Assembly: GCF_009914755.1 (NCBI RefSeq) | Contig: NC_060933.1 | Reading direction: 5' to 3' (one strand) | DNA length: 64,000 nt | Source: the human T2T-CHM13v2.0 reference genome, Homo sapiens | Shown: piece after piece, positions 40,101 through 55,800 of the stretch | Layout of the letters: every line of letters begins with the position of its first letter | Position numbering within the stretch: the stretch's first letter is position 1 | Made by a program: the position numbers and the translations under genes | Notes under the pieces: model-generated | Seen by the model: the letters and a program-made list of their open reading frames with translations, nothing else | Told to the model about the DNA's origin: nothing | Databases searched by the model: none

Positions 40101-43100
40101 ACAGAGCAGTTTTGAAACACTCTTTTTGTGGAATCTGAAAGTGGATATTTGGATAGCTTTGCGGATTTCTTTGGAAACGGGATTACATATAAAATCTAGA
40201 GAGAAGCATTCTCAAGAACTTCTTTGTGATGTTTGCATTCAAGTCACAGGACTGAACGTTCCCTTTCATAGAGCAGGTTTGAAACACTCTTTCTGTAGTA
40301 TCTGCAAGCGGACGTTTTAAGCGCTTTCAGGCCTGTGGTGAGAAAGGAATTATCTTCAAATAAAAACTAGACAGAAGCATTCTCAGAAACTTATTTGCGA
40401 TGTGTGTCCTCAACTAACAGAGTTGAACCTTTCTTTTGATACAACATTTTGGAAACACTCTTTTTGTAGAATCTGCAAGTGGATATTTGGATAGCTTGGA
40501 AGGTTTCGTTGGAAACGGGAATATCTTCATATGAAATCAAGACAGAAGCATTCTCAGAAACTTCTCTGTGATGTTTGCATTCAACTCATAGAGTTGAACA
40601 CTTCCCTTCATACAGCAGGTTTGAAACACTCTTTTTCTAATATTTGGAAGTGGACATTTGCAGCGCTTTGAGGCCTATGTTGAAAAAGGAAATATCTTCT
40701 CCTAAAAACCAGACAGAAGCATTCTCAGAAACTTCCTTGTGATGTGTGTACTCAAGTAACAGAGTTGAACCTTCCTTTTGACAGAGCAGTTTTGAAGCAC
40801 TCTTTTTGTAGAATCTGCAAGTGGATATTTTGATACCTTTGAGGATTTCGTTGGACACGGGATATCTTCATATAAAATCTAGACAGAAGCATTCTCAGAA
40901 ACTTCTTTGTGCTGTATGTCCTCAATTAACAGAGTTGAACCTTTGTGTGGATACAGCATTTTGGAAACATTCCTTTAGTAGAATCTGCAAGTTGATATTT
41001 AGATAGCTAGGAAGATTTCCTTGGAAACGGGAATATCTTCATATAAAATCTAGACGGAAGCATTCTCAGAAAGTGCTTTGTGATGTTTGCATTCAAGTCA
41101 CAGAGTTGAATATTCCCTTTTATAGAGCAGGTTTGAAACACTCTTTCTGCACTACCTGGAAGTGGACATTTGGAGCGCTTTGAGGCCTATGTTGAAAAAG
41201 GAAATATCTTCCCCTAAAAACTAGACAGAAGCATTCTCAGAAACTTGTTTGTGATGTGTGTATTCAACTAACAGAGATGAACCTTTCTTTTTACAGAGCA
41301 GTTTTGAAACACTCTTTTTGTGGAATCTGAAAGTGGATATTTGGATAGCTTTGAGGATTTCGTTGGAAACGGGATTACATATAAAACCTAGAGAGAAGCA
41401 TTCTCAGGAACTCCTTTGTGATGTTTGCCTTCAAGTCACAGGACTGAACATTCCCTTTCATAGAGCAGGTTTGAAACACTCTTTCTGTAGTATCTGCAAG
41501 CTGACGTTTCAAGTGCTTTCAGGCCTATGGTGAGAAAGGAAATATCTTCAAGTAAAAACTAGACAGAAGCATTCTCAGAAACTTATTTGCCATGTGTGTT
41601 CTCAACTAACAGAGTTGAACCTTTGTTTTGATACGGCATTTTGGAAACACTCTTTTTGTAGAATCTGCAGGTGGATATACGGATAGCTTTGAAGGTTTCG
41701 TTGGAAACGGGAATATCTTCATAGAAAGTCTAGACGGAAGCATTCTCAGAAACTGCTTTGTGATGTTTTCATTCAAGTCACAGAGTAGAATGTTCGCTGT
41801 TATATACCAGGTTTGAGACACTCTTTCTGCACTACCTGGAAGTGGACGTTTGGAGCGCTTTGAGCCCTATGATGAAAAAGGAAATATCTTCCCATAAAAA
41901 CTAGACAGAAGCATTCTCAGAAACTTGTTTGTGATGTGTGTATTCAACTAACAGAGATGAACCTTTCTTTTTACAGAGCAGTTTTGAAACACTCTTTTTG
42001 TGGAATCTGAAAGTGGATATTTGGATAGCTTTGAGGATTTCGTTGGAAACGGGATTACATATAAAATCTAGAGAGAAGCATTCTCAGGAACTTCTTTGTG
42101 ATGTTTGCATTCAAGTCACAGAACTGAACATTCCCTTTCATAGAGCATGTTTGAAACACTCTTTCTGTAGTATCTGCAAACGGACATTTCAAACGCTTTC
42201 AGGCCTATGGTGAGAAAGGAAATATCTTCAAATAAAAACTAGACAGAAGCATTCTCAGAAACTTATTTGCGATGTGTGTCCTCAACTAACAGAGTTGAAC
42301 CTTTCTTTTGATACAACATTTTGGAAACACTCTTTTTGTAGAATCTGCAAGTGGATATTTGGATAGCTTTGAAGGTTTCGTTGGAAACGGGAATATCTTC
42401 ATATAAAATCAAGACAGAAGCATTCTCAGAAACTTCTCTGTGATGTTTGCATTCAACTCATAGAGTTGAACACTTCCCTTCATACAGCAGGTTTGAAACA
42501 CTCTTTTTGTAATATTTGGAAGTGGACATTTGCAGCGCTTTGAGGCCTATGATGAAAAAGGTAATATCTTCCCATAAAAACTAGACAGAAGCATTCTCAG
42601 AAACTTGTTTGTGATGTGTGTATTCAACTAACAGAGATGAACCTTTCTTTTTACAGAGCAGTTTTGAAACACTCTTTTTGTGGAATCTGAAAGTGGATAT
42701 TTGGATAGCTTTGCGGATTTCGTTGGAAACGGGATTACATATAAAATCTAGGGAGAAGCATTCTCAGGAACTTCTTTGTGATGTTTGCATTCAAGTCACA
42801 GAACTGAACATTCCCTTTCATAGAGCAGGTTTGAAACACTCTTTCTGTAGTATCTGCAAGCGGACGTTTTAAGCGCTTTCAGGCCTGTGGTGAGAAAGGA
42901 AATATCTTCAAATAAAAACTAGACAGAAGCATTCTCAGAAACTTATTTGCGATGTGTGTCCTCAACTAACAGAGTTGAACCTTTCTTTTGATACTACATT
43001 TTGGAAACACTCTTTCTGTAGAATCTGCAAGTGGATATTTGGATAGCTTTGAAGGTTTCGTTGGAAACGGGAATATCTTCATATGAAATCAAGACAGAAG

Positions 43101-43441
43101 CATTCTCAGAAACTTCTCTGTGATGTTTGCATTCAACTCATAGAGTTGAACACTTCCCTTCATACAGCAGGTTTGAAACACTCTTTTTCTAATATTTGGA
43201 AGTGGACATTTGCAGCGCTTTGAGGCCTATGTTGAAAAAGGAAATATCTTCTCCTAAAAACCAGACAGAAGCATTCTCAGAAACTTCCTTGTGATGTGTG
43301 TACTCAAGTAACAGAGTTGAACCTTCCTTTTGACAGAGCAGTTTTGAAGCACTCTTTTTGTAGAATCTGCAAGTGGATATTTTGATACCTTTGAGGATTT
43401 CGTTGGACACGGGATATCTTCATATAAAATCTAGACAGAAG

Positions 43442-46400
43442 CATTCTCAGAAACTTCTTTGTGCTGTATGTCCTCAATTAACAGAGTTGAACCTTTGTGT
43501 GGATACAGCATTTTGGAAACATTCCTTTAGTAGAATCTGCAAGTTGATATTTAGATAGCTAGGAAGATTTCCTTGGAAACGGGAATATCTTCATATAAAA
43601 TCTAGACGGAAGCATTCTCAGAAAGTGCTTTGTGATGTTTGCATTCAAGTCACAGAGTTGAATATTCCCTTTTATAGAGCAGGTTTGAAACACTCTTTCT
43701 GCACTACCTGGAAGTGGACATTTGGAGCGCTTTGAGGCCTATGTTGAAAAAGGAAATATCTTCCCATAAAAACTAGACAGAAGCATTCTCAGAAACTTGT
43801 TTGTGATGTGTGTATTCAACTAACAGAGATGAACCTTTCTTTTTACAGAGCAGTTTTGAAACACTCTTTTTGTGGAATCTGAAAGTGGATATTTGGATAG
43901 CTTTGAGGATTTCGTTGGAAACGGGATTACATATAAAACCTAGAGAGAAGCATTCTCAGGAACTTCTTTGTGATGTTTGCCTTCAAGTCACAGGACTGAA
44001 CATTCCCTTTCATAGAGCAGGTTTGAAACACTCTTTCTGTAGTATCTGCAAGCTGACGTTTCATGCGCTTTCAGGCCTATGGTGAGAAAGGAAATATCTT
44101 CAAGTAAAAACTAGACAGAAGCATTGTCAGAAACTTATTTGCCATGTGTGTTCTCAACTAACAGAGTTGAACCTTTGTTTTGATACGGCATTTTGGAAAC
44201 ACTCTTTTTGTAGAATCTGCAGGTGGATATTCGGATAGCTTTGAAGGTTTCGTTGGAAACGGGAATATCTTCATATAAAATCTAGACGGAAGCATTCTCA
44301 GAAACTGCTTTGTGATGTTTTCATTCAAGTCACAGAGTAGAATGTTCCCTGTTATATACCAGGTTTGAGACACTCTTTCTGCACTACCTGGAAGTGGACG
44401 TTTGGAGCGCTTTGAGGCCTATGTTGAAAAAGGAAATATCTTCCCATAAAAACTAGACAGAAGCATTCTCAGAAACTTGTTTCTGATGTGTGTATTCAAC
44501 TAACAGAGATGAACCTTTCTTTTTACAGAGTAGTTTTGAAACACTCTTTTTGTGGAATCTGAAAGTGGATATTTGGATAGCTTTGCGGATTTCGTTGGAA
44601 ACGGGATTACATATAAAATCTAGGGAGAAGCATTCTCAGGAACTTCTTTGTGATGTTTGCATTCAAGTCACAGAACTGAACATTCCCTTTCATAGAGCAG
44701 GTTTGAAACACTCTTTCTGTAGTATCTGCAAGTGGACGTTTCAAGCGCTTTCAGGCCTGTGGTGAAAAAGGAAATATCTTCAAATAAAAACTAGACAGAA
44801 GCATTCTCAGAAACTTATTTGCGATGTGTGTTCTCAGCTAACAGAGTTGAACCTTTGTTTTGATACAGCATTTTGGAAACACTCTTTTTGTAGGATCTGC
44901 AGGTGGATGTTTGGATAGCTTTGAAGGTTTCTTTGGAAACGGGAATATCTTCATATAAAATCAAGACAGAAGCATTCTCAGAAACTTCTCTGTTCTGTTT
45001 GCATTCAACTCATAGAGTTGAACACTTCCTTTCATAGAGCTGGTTTGAAATACTCTTTTTGTAATATTTGGAAGTGGACATTGGCTGCGGTTTGAAGCCT
45101 ATGGTGAAAAAGGAGATATCTTCTCCTAAAAACCAGACAGAAGCATTCTCAGAATCTTTCTTGTGATGTGTGTACTCAAGTAACAGAGTTGAACCTTCAT
45201 TTTGACAGAGCAGTTTTGAAGCACTCTTTTTGTAGAATCTGCAAGTGGATATTTTGATACCTTTGAGGATTTCGTTAGACACGGGATATCTTCATATAAA
45301 ATCTAGACAGAAGCATTCTCAGAAACTTCTTTGTGCTGTATGTCCTCAATTAACAGAGTTGAACCTTGGTGTGGATACAGCAATTTGGAAACATTCCTTT
45401 AGTAGAATCTGCAAGTTGATATTTAGATAGCTAGGAAGATTTCCTTGGAAACGGGAATATCTTCATATAAAATCTAGACGGAAGCATTCTCAGAAAGTGC
45501 TTTGTGATGTTTTCATTCAAGTCACAGAGTAGAATGTTCCCTGTTATATACCAGGTTTGAGACACTCTTTCTGCACTATCTGGAAGTGGACATTTGGAGC
45601 GCTTTGAGGCCTATGTTGAAAAAGGAAATATCTTCCCATAAAAACTAGACAGAAGCATTCTCAGAAACTTGTTTGTGATGTGTGTATTCAACTAACAGAG
45701 ATGAACCTTTCTTTTTACAGAGCAGTTTTGAAACACTCTTTTTGTGGAATCTGAAAGTGGATATTTGGATAGCTTTGAGGATTTCGTTGGAAACGGGATT
45801 ACATATAAAATCTAGAGAGAAGCATTCTCAGGAACTTCTTTGTGATGTTTGCATTCACGTCACAGAACTGAACATTCCCTTTCATAGAGCATGTTTGAAA
45901 CACTCTTTCTGTAGTATCTGCAAACGGACATTTCAAACGCTTTCAGGCCTATGGTGAGAAAGGAAATATCTTCAAATAAAAACTAGACAGAAGCATTCTC
46001 AGAAACTTATTTGCGATGTGTGTCCTCAACTAACAGAGTTGAACCTTTCTTTAGATACAACATTTTGGAAACACTCTTTTTGTAGAATCTGCAAGTGGAT
46101 ATTTGGATAGCTTTGAAGGTTTCGTTGGAAACGGGAATATCTTCATATAAAATCAAGACAGAAGCATTCTCCGAAACTTCTCTGTGATGTTTGCATTCAA
46201 CTCATAGAGTTGAACACTTCCCTTCATACAGCAGGTTTGAAACACTCTTTTTGTAATATTTGGAAGTGGACATTTGCAGCGCTTTGAGGCCTATGACGAA
46301 AAAGGTAATATCTTCCCAAAAAAACTAGACAGAAGCATTCTCAGAAACTTGTTTGTGATGTGTGTATTCAACTAACAGAGATGAACCTTTCTTTTACAGA

Positions 46401-49400
46401 GCAGTTTTGAAACACTCTTTTTGTGGAATCTGAAAGTGGATATTTGGATAGCTTTGCGGATTTCTTTGGAAACGGGATTACATATAAAATCTAGAGAGAA
46501 GCATTCTCAAGAACTTCTTTGTGATGTTTGCATTCAAGTCACAGGACTGAACGTTCCCTTTCATAGAGCAGGTTTGAAACACTCTTTCTGTAGTATCTGC
46601 AAGCGGACGTTTTAAGCGCTTTCAGGCCTGTGGTGAGAAAGGAAATATCTTCAAATAAAAACTAGACAGAAGCATTCTCAGAAACTTATTTGCGATGTGT
46701 GTCCTCAACTAACAGAGTTGAACCTTTGTTTTGATACAACATTTTGGAAACACTCTTTTTGTAGAATCTGCAAGTGGATATTTGGATAGCTTTGAAGGTT
46801 TCGTTGGAAACGGGAATATCTTCATATGAAATCAAGACAGAAGCATTCTCAGAAACTTCTCTGTGATGTTTGCATTCAACTCATAGTGTTGAACACTTCC
46901 CTTCATACAGCAGGTTTGAAACACTCTTTTTCTAATATTTGGAAGTGGACATTTGCAGCGCTTTGAGGCCTATGTTGAAAAAGGAAATATCTTCTCCTAA
47001 AAACCAGACAGAAGCATTCTCAGAAACTTCCTTGTGATGTGTGTACTCAAGTAACAGAGTTGAACCTTCCTTTTGACAGAGCAGTTTTGAAGCACTCTTT
47101 TTGTAGAATCTGCAAGTGGATATTTTGATACCTTTGAGGATTTCGTTAGACACGGGATATCTTCATATAAAATCTAGACAGAAGCATTCTCAGAAACTTC
47201 TTTGTGCTGTATGTCCTCAATTAACAGAGTTGAACCTTTGTGTGGATACAGCATTTTGGAAACATTCCTTTAGTAGAATCTGCAAGTTGATATTTAGATA
47301 GCTAGGAAGATTTCCTTGGAAACGGGAATATCTTCATATAAAATCTAGACGGAAGCATTCTCAGAAAGTGCTGTGTGATGTTTGCATTCAAGTCACAGAG
47401 TTGAATATTCCCTTTTATAGAGCAGGTTTGAAACACTCTTTCTGCACTACCTGGAAGTGGACATTTGGAGCGCTTTGAGGCCTATGTTGAAAAAGGAAAT
47501 ATCTTCCCATAAAAACTAGACAGAAGCATTCTCAGAAACTTGTTTGTGATGTGTGTATTCAACTAACAGAGATGAACCTTTCTTTTTACAGAGCAGTTTT
47601 GAAACACTCTTTTTGTGGAATCTGAAAGTGGATATTTGGATAGCTTTGAGGATTTCGTTGGAAACGGGATTACATATAAAACCTAGAGAGAAGCATTCTC
47701 AGAAACTTCTTTGTGATGTTTGCCTTCAAGTCACAGGACTGAACATTCCCTTTCATAGAGCATGTTTGAAACACTCTTTCTGTAGTATCTGCAAGCTGAC
47801 GTTTCAAGCGCTTTCAGGCCTATGGTGAGAAAGGAAATATCTTCAAGTAAAAACTAGACAGAAGCATTGTCAGAAACTTATTTGCCATGTGTGTTCTCAA
47901 CTAACAGAGTTGAACCTTTGTTTTGATACGGCATTTTGGAAACACTCTTTTTGTAGAATCTGCAGGTGGATATTCGGATAGCTTTGAAGGTTTCGTTGGA
48001 AACGGGAATATCTTCATATAAAATCTAGACGGAAGCATTCTCAGAAACTGCTTTGTGATGTTTTCATTCAGGTCACAGTGTAGAATGTTCCCTGTTATAT
48101 ACCAGGTTTGAGACACTGTTTCTGAACTACCTGGAAGTGGACGTTTGGAGCGCTTTGAGGCCTATGTTGAAAAAGGAAATATCTTCCCATAAAAACTAGA
48201 CAGAAGCATTCTCCGAAACTTGTTTCTGATGTGTGTATTCAACTAACAGAGATGAACCTTTCTTTTTACAGAGTAGTTTTGAAACACTCTTTTTGTGGAA
48301 TCTGAAAGTGGATATTTGGATAGCTTTGCGGATTTCGTTGGAAACGGGATTACATATAAAATCTAGGGAGAAGCATTCTCAGGAACTTCTTTGTGATGTT
48401 TGCATTGAAGTCACAGAACTGAACATTCCCTTTCATACAGCAGGTTTGAAACACTCTTTCTGTAGTATCTGCAAGTGGACGTTTCAAGCGCTTTCAGGCC
48501 TGTGGTGAAAAAGGAAATATCTTCAAATAAAAACTAGACAGAAGCATTCTCAGAAACTTATTTGCGATGTGTGTTCTCAGCTAACAGAGTTGAACCTTTG
48601 TTTTGATACAGCATTTTGGAAACACTCTTTTTGTAGGATCTGCAGGTGGATATTTGGATAGCTTTGAAGGTTTCTTTGGAAACGGGAATATCTTCATATA
48701 AAATCAAGACAGAAGCATTCTCAGAAACTTCTCTGTTCTGTTTGCATTCAACTCATAGAGTTGAACACTTCCTTTCATAGAGCTGGTTTGAAATACTCTT
48801 TTTGTAATATTTGGAAGTGGACATTGGCAGCGGTTTGAAGCCTATGGTGAAAAAGGAGATATCTTCTCCTAAAAACCAGACAGAAGCATTCTCAGAATCT
48901 TTCTTGTGATGTGTGTACTCAAGTAACAGAGTTGAACCTTCATTTTGACAGAGCAGTTTTGAAGCACTCTTTTTGTAGAATCTGCAAGTGGATATTTTGA
49001 TACCTTTGAGGATTTCGTTGGACACGGGATATCTTCATATAATATCTAGACAGAAGCATTCTCAGAAACTTCTTTGTGCTGTATGTCCTCAATTAACAGA
49101 GTTGAACCTTTGTGTGGATACAGCATTTTGGAAACATTCCTTTAGTAGAATCTGCAAGTTGATATTTAGATAGCTAGGAAGATTTCCTTGGAAACGGGAA
49201 TATCTTCATATAAAATCTAGACGGAAGCATTCTCAGAAAGTGCTTTGTGATGTTTGCATTCAAGTCACAGAGTTGAATATTCCCTTTTATAGAGCAGGTT
49301 TGAAACACTCTTTCTGCACTACCTGGAAGTGGACATTTGGAGCGCTTTGAGGCCTATGTTGAAAAAGGAAATATCTTCCCATAAAAACTAGACAGAAGCA

Positions 49401-52400
49401 TTCTCAGAAACTTGTTTGTGATGTGTGTATTCAACTAACAGAGATGAACCTTTCTTTTTACAGAGCAGTTTTGAAACACTCTTTTTGTGGAATCTGAAAG
49501 TGGATATTTGGATAGCTTTGAGGATTTCGTTGGAAACGGGATTACATATAAAACCTAGAGAGAAGCATTCTCAGGAACTTCTTTGTGATGTTTGCATTCA
49601 AGTCACAGAACTGAACATTCCCTTTCATAGAGCAGGTTTGAAACACTCTTTCTGTAGTATCTGCAAGCTGACGTTTCAAGCGCTTTCAGGCCTATGGTGA
49701 GAAAGGAAATATCTTCAAGTAAAAACTAGACAGAAGCATTCTCAGAAACTTATTTGCGATGTGTGTTCACAACTAACAGAGTTGAACCTTTGTTTTGATA
49801 CGGCATTTTGGAAACACTCTTTTTGTAGAATCTGCAGGTGGATATTCGGATAGCTTTGAAGGTTTCGTTGGAAACGGGAATATCTTCATATAAAATCAAG
49901 ACAGAAGCATTCTCAGAAACTTCTCTGTGATGTTTGCATTCAACTCATAGAGTTGAACACTTCCCTTCATACAGCAGGTTTGAAACACTCTTTTTGTAAT
50001 ATTTGGAAGTGGACATTTGCAGCGCTTTGAGGCCTATGATGAAAAAGGTAATATCTTCCCATAAAAACTAGACAGAAGCATTCTGAGAAACTTGTTTGTG
50101 ATGTGTGTATTCAACTAACAGAGATGAACCTTTCTTTTTACAGAGCAGTTTTGAAACACTCTTTTTGTGGAATCTGAAAGTGGATATTTGGATAGCTTTG
50201 CGGATTTCTTTGGAAACTGGATTACATATAAAATCTAGAGAGAAGCATTCTCAAGTACTTCTTTGTGATGTTTGCATTCAAGTCACAGAACTGAACATTC
50301 CCTTTCATAGAGCAGGTTTGAAACACTCTTTCTGTAGTATCTGCAAGCGGACGTTTTAAGCGCTTTCAGGCCTGTGGTGAGAAAGGAAATATCTTCAAAT
50401 AAAAACGAGACAGAAGCATTCTCAGAAACTTATTTGCGATGTGTGTCCTCAACTAACAGAGTTGAACCTTTCTTTTGATACAACATTTAGGAAACACTCT
50501 TTTTGTAGAATCTGCAAGTGGATATTTGGATAGCTTTGAAGGTTTCGTTGGAAACGGGAATATCTTCATATGAAATCAAGACAGAAGCATTCTCAGAAAC
50601 TTCTCTGTGATGTTTGCATTCAACTCATAGAGTTGAACACTTCCCTTCATACAGCAGGTTTGAAACACTCTTTTTCTAATATTTGGAAGTGGACATTTGC
50701 AGCGCTTTGAGGCCTATGTTGAAAAAGGAAATATCTTCTCCTAAAAACCAGACAGAAGCATTCTCAGAAACTTCCTTGTGATGTGTGTACTGAAGTAACA
50801 GAGTTGAACCTTCCTTTTGACAGAGCAGTTTTGAAGCACTCTTTTTGTAGAATCTGCAAGTGGATATTTTGATACCTTTGAGGATTTCGTTGGACACGGG
50901 ATATCTTCATATAAAATCTAGACAGAAGCATTCTCAGAAACTTCTTTGTGCTGTATGTCCTCAATTAACAGAGTTGAACCTTTGTGTGGATACAGCATTT
51001 TGGAAACATTCCTTTAGTAGAATCTGCAAGTTGATATTTAGATAGCTAGGAAGATTTCCTTGGAAACGGGAATATCTTCATATAAAATCTAGACGGAAGC
51101 ATTCTCAGAAAGTGCTTTGTGATGTTTGCATTCAAGTCACAGAGTTGAATATTCCCTTTTATAGAGCAGGTTTGAAACACTCTCTCTGCACTACCTGGAA
51201 GTGGACATTTGGAGCGCTTTGAGGCCTATGTTGAAAAAGGAAATATCTTCCCATAAAAACTAGACAGAAGCATTCTCAGAAACTTGTTTGTGATGTGTGT
51301 ATTCAACTAACAGAGATGAACCTTACTTTTTACAGAGCAGTTTTGAAACACTCTTTTTGTGGAATCTGAAAGTGGATATTTGGATAGCTTTGAGGATTTC
51401 GTTGGAAACGGGATTACATATAAAACCTATAGAGAAGCATTCTCAGGAACTTCTTTGTGATGTTTGCCTTCAAGTCACAGGACTGAACATTCCCTTTCAT
51501 AGAGCAGGTTTGAAACACTCTTTCTGTAGTATCTGCAAGCTGACGTTTCAAGCGCTTTCAGGCCTATGGTGAGAAAGGAAATATCTTCAAGTAAAAACTA
51601 GACAGAAGCATTCTCAGAAACTTATTTGCCATGTGTGTTCTCAACTAACAGAGTTGAACCTTTGTTTTCATACGGCATTTTGGAAACACTCTATTTGTAG
51701 AATCTGCAGGTGGATATTCAGATAGCTATGAAGGTTTCGTTGGAAACGGGAATATCTTCATATAAAATCTAGACGGAAGCATTCTCAGAAACTGCTTTGT
51801 GATGTTTTCATTCAAGTCACAGAGTAGAATGTTCCCTGTTATATACCAGGTTTGAGACACTCTTTCTGAACTACCTGGAAGTGCACGTTTGGAGCGCTTT
51901 GAGGCCTATGTTGAAAAAGGAAATATCTTCCCATAAAAACTAGACAGAAGCATTCTCAGAAACTTGTTTGTGATGTGTGTATTCAACTAACAGAGATGAA
52001 CCTTTCTTTTTACAGAGCAGTTTTGAAACACTCTTTTTGTGGAATCTGAAAGTGGATATTTGGATAGCTTTGAGGATTTCGTTGGAAACGGGATTACATA
52101 TAAAATCTAGGGAGAAGCATTCTCAGGAACTTCTTTGTGATGTTTGCATTCAAGTCACAGAACTGAACATTCCCTTTCATAGAGCAGGTTTGAAACACTC
52201 TTTCTGTAGTATCTGCAAGTGGACGTTTCAAGCGCTTTCAGGCCTGTGGTGAAAAAGGTAATATCTTCAAATAAAAACTAGACAGAAGCATTCTCAGAAA
52301 CTTATTTGCGATGTGTGTTCTCAGCTAACAGAGTTGAACCTTTGTTTTGATACAGCATTTTGGAAACACTCTTTTTGTAGGATCTGCAGGTGGATATTTG

Positions 52401-52800
52401 GATAGCTTTGAAGGTTTCTTTGGAAACGGGAATATCTTCATATAAAATCAAGACAGAAGCATTCTCAGAAACTTCTCTGTGATGTTTGCATTCAACTCAT
52501 AGAGTTGAACCCTTCCTTTCATAGAGCTGGTTTGAAATACTCTTTTTGTAATATTTGGAAGTGGACATTGGCAGCGCTTTGAAGCCTATGGTGAAAAAGG
52601 AGATATCTTCTCCTAAAAACCAGACAGAAGCATTCTCAGAATCTTTCTTGTGATGTGTGTACTCAAGTAACAGAGGTGAACCTTCATTTTGACAGAGCAG
52701 TTTTGAAGCACTCTTTTTGTAGAATCTGCAAGTGGATATTTTGATACCTTTGAGGATTTCGTTAGACACGGGATATCTTCATATAAAATCTAGACAGAAG
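43442..52800 (+). repeat. Run of five 11-mers (1871-1872 bp), alternating with and without the divergent trimer (22-mer period, 3743-3744 bp)
   Basis: Markers at 43373, 45245, 47116, 48988, 50860 and 52732. Divergent trimer at 44802, 48545 and 52289. Confidence 0.9.
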
Positions 52801-55800
52801 CATTCTCAGAAACTTCTTTGTGCTGTATGTCCTCAATTAACAGAGTTGAACCTTTGTGTGGATACAGCATTTTGGAAACATTCCTTTAGTAGAATCTGCA
52901 AGTTGATATTTAGATAGCTAGGAAGATTTCCTTGGAAACGGGAATATCTTCATATAAAATCTAGACGGAAGCATTCTCAGAAAGTGCTTTGTGATGTTTG
53001 CATTCAAGTCACAGAGTTGAGTATTCCCTTTTATAGAGCAGGTTTGAAACACTCTTTCTGCACTACCTGGAAGTGGACATTTGGAGCGCTTTGAGGCCTA
53101 TGTTGAAAAAGGAAATATCTTCCCATAAAAACTAGACAGAAGCATTCTCAGAAACTTGTTTGTGATGTGTGTATTCAACTAACAGAGATGAACCTTTCTT
53201 TTTACAGAGCAGTTTTGAAACACTCTTTTTGTGGAATCTGAAAGTGGATATTTGGATAGCTTTGAGGATTTCGTTGGAAACGGGATTACATATAAAACCT
53301 AGAGAGAAGCATTCTCAGGAACTTCTTTGTGATGTTTGCATTCAAGTCACAGAACTGAACATTCCCTTTCATAGAGCAGGTTTGAAACACTCTTTCTGTA
53401 GTATCTGCAAGCTGACGTTTCAAGCGCTTTCAGGCCTATGGTGAGAAAGGAAATATCTTCAAGTAAAAACTAGACAGAAGCATTCTCAGAAACTTATTTG
53501 CGATGTGTGTTCTCAACTAACAGAGTTGAACGTTTGTTTTGATACGGCATTTTGGAAACACTCTTTTTGTAGAATCTGCAGGTGGATATTCGGATAGCTT
53601 TGAAGGTTTCGTTGGAAACGGGAATATCTTCATATAAAATCTAGACGGAAGCATTCTCAGAAACTGCTTTGTGATGTTTTCATTCAAGTCACAGAGTAGA
53701 ATGTTCCCTGTTATATACCAGGTTTGAGACACTATTTCTGCACTACCTGGAAGTGGACATTTGGAGCTCTTTGAGGCCTATGATGAAAAAGGAAATATCT
53801 TCCCATAAAAACTAGACAGAAGCATTCTCAGAAACTTGTTTGTGATGTGTGTATTCAACTAACAGAGATGAACCTTTCTTTTTACAGAGCAGTTTTGAAA
53901 CACTCTTTTTGTGGAATCTGAAAGTGGATATTTGGATAGCTATGAGGATTTCGTTGGAAACGGGATTACATATAAAATCTAGAGAGAAGCATTCTCAGGA
54001 ACTTCTTTGTGATGTTTGCATTCACGTCACAGAACTGAACATTCCCTTTCATAGAGCATGTTTGAAACACTCTTTCTGTAGTATCTGCAAACGGACATTT
54101 CAAACGCTTTCAGGCCTATGGTGAGAAAGGAAATATCTTCAAATAAAAACTAGACAGAAGGATTCTCAGAAACTTATTTGCGATGTGTGTCCTCAACTAA
54201 CAGAGTTGAACCTTTCTTTTGATACAACATTTTGGAAACACTCTTTTTGTAGAATCTGCAAGTGGATATTTGGATAGCTTTGAAGGTTTCGTTGGAAACG
54301 GGAATATCTTCATATAAAATCAAGACAGAAGCATTCTCAGAAACTTCTCTGTGATGTTTGCATTCAACTCATAGAGTTGAACACTTCCCTTCATACAGCA
54401 GGTTTGAAACACTCTTTTTCTAATATTTGGAAGTGGACATTTGCAGCGCTTTGAGGCCTATGTTGAAAAAGGAAATATCTTCTCCTAAAAACCAGACAGA
54501 AGCATTCTCAGAAACTTCCTTGTGATGTGTGTACTCAAGTAACAGAGTTGAACCTTCCTTTTGACAGAGCAGTTTTGAAGCACTCTTTTTGTAGAATCTG
54601 CAAGTGGATATTTTGATACCTCTGAGGATTTCGTTGGAAACCGGATTACATATAAAACCTAGAGAGAAGCATTCTCAGGAACTTCTTTGTGACGTTGGCC
54701 TTCAAGTCACAGGACTGAACATTCCCTTTCATAGAGCAGGTTTGAAACACTCTTTCTGTAGTATCTGCAAGCTGATGTTTCAAGCGCTTTCAGGCCTATG
54801 GTGAGAAAGGAAATATCTTCAAGTAAAAACTAGACAGAAGCATTCTCAGAAACTTATTTGCCATGTGTGTTCTCAACTAACAGAGTTGAACCTTTGTTTT
54901 GATACGGCATTTTGGAAACACTCTTTTTGTAGAATCTGCAGGTGGATATTCGGATAGCTTTGAAGGTTTCGTTGGAAACGGGAATATCTTCATATAAAAT
55001 CTAGACGGAAGCATTCTCAGAAACTGCTTTGTGATGTTTTCATTCAAGTCACAGAGTAGAATGTTCCCTGTTATATACCAGGTTTGAGACACTCTTTCTG
55101 CACTACCTGGAAGTGGACGTTTGGAGCGCTTTGAGGCCTATGTTGAAAAAGGAAATATCTTCCCATAAAAACTAGACAGAAGCATTCTCAGAAACTTGTT
55201 TGTGATGTGTGTATTCAACTAACAGAGATGAACCTTTCTTTTTACAGAGCAGTTTTGAAACACTCTTTTTGTGGAATCTGAAAGTGGATATTGGGATAGC
55301 TTTGAGGATTTCGTTGGAAACGGGATTACATATAAAATCTAGAGAGAAGCATTCTCAGGAACTTCTTTGTGATGTTTGCATTCAAGTCACAGAACTGAAC
55401 ATTCCCTTTCATAGAGCAGGTTTGAAACACTCTTTCTGTAGTATCTGCAAGTGGACGTTTCAAGCGCTTTCAGGCCTGTGGTGAAAAAGGAAATATCTTC
55501 AAATAAAAACTAGACAGAAGCATTCTCAGAAACTTATTTGCGATGTGTGTTCTCAGCTAACAGAGTTGAACCTTTGTTTTGATACAGCATTTTGGAAACA
55601 CTCTTTTTGTAGGATCTGCAGGTGGATATTTGGATAGCTTTGAAGGTTTCTTTGGAAACGGGAATATCTTCATATAAAATCAAGACAGAAGCATTCTCAG
55701 AAACTTCTCTGTGATGTTTTCATTCAACTCATAGAGTTGAACACTTCCTTTCATAGAGCTGGTTTGAAATTCTCTTTTTGTAATATTTGGAAGTGGACAT

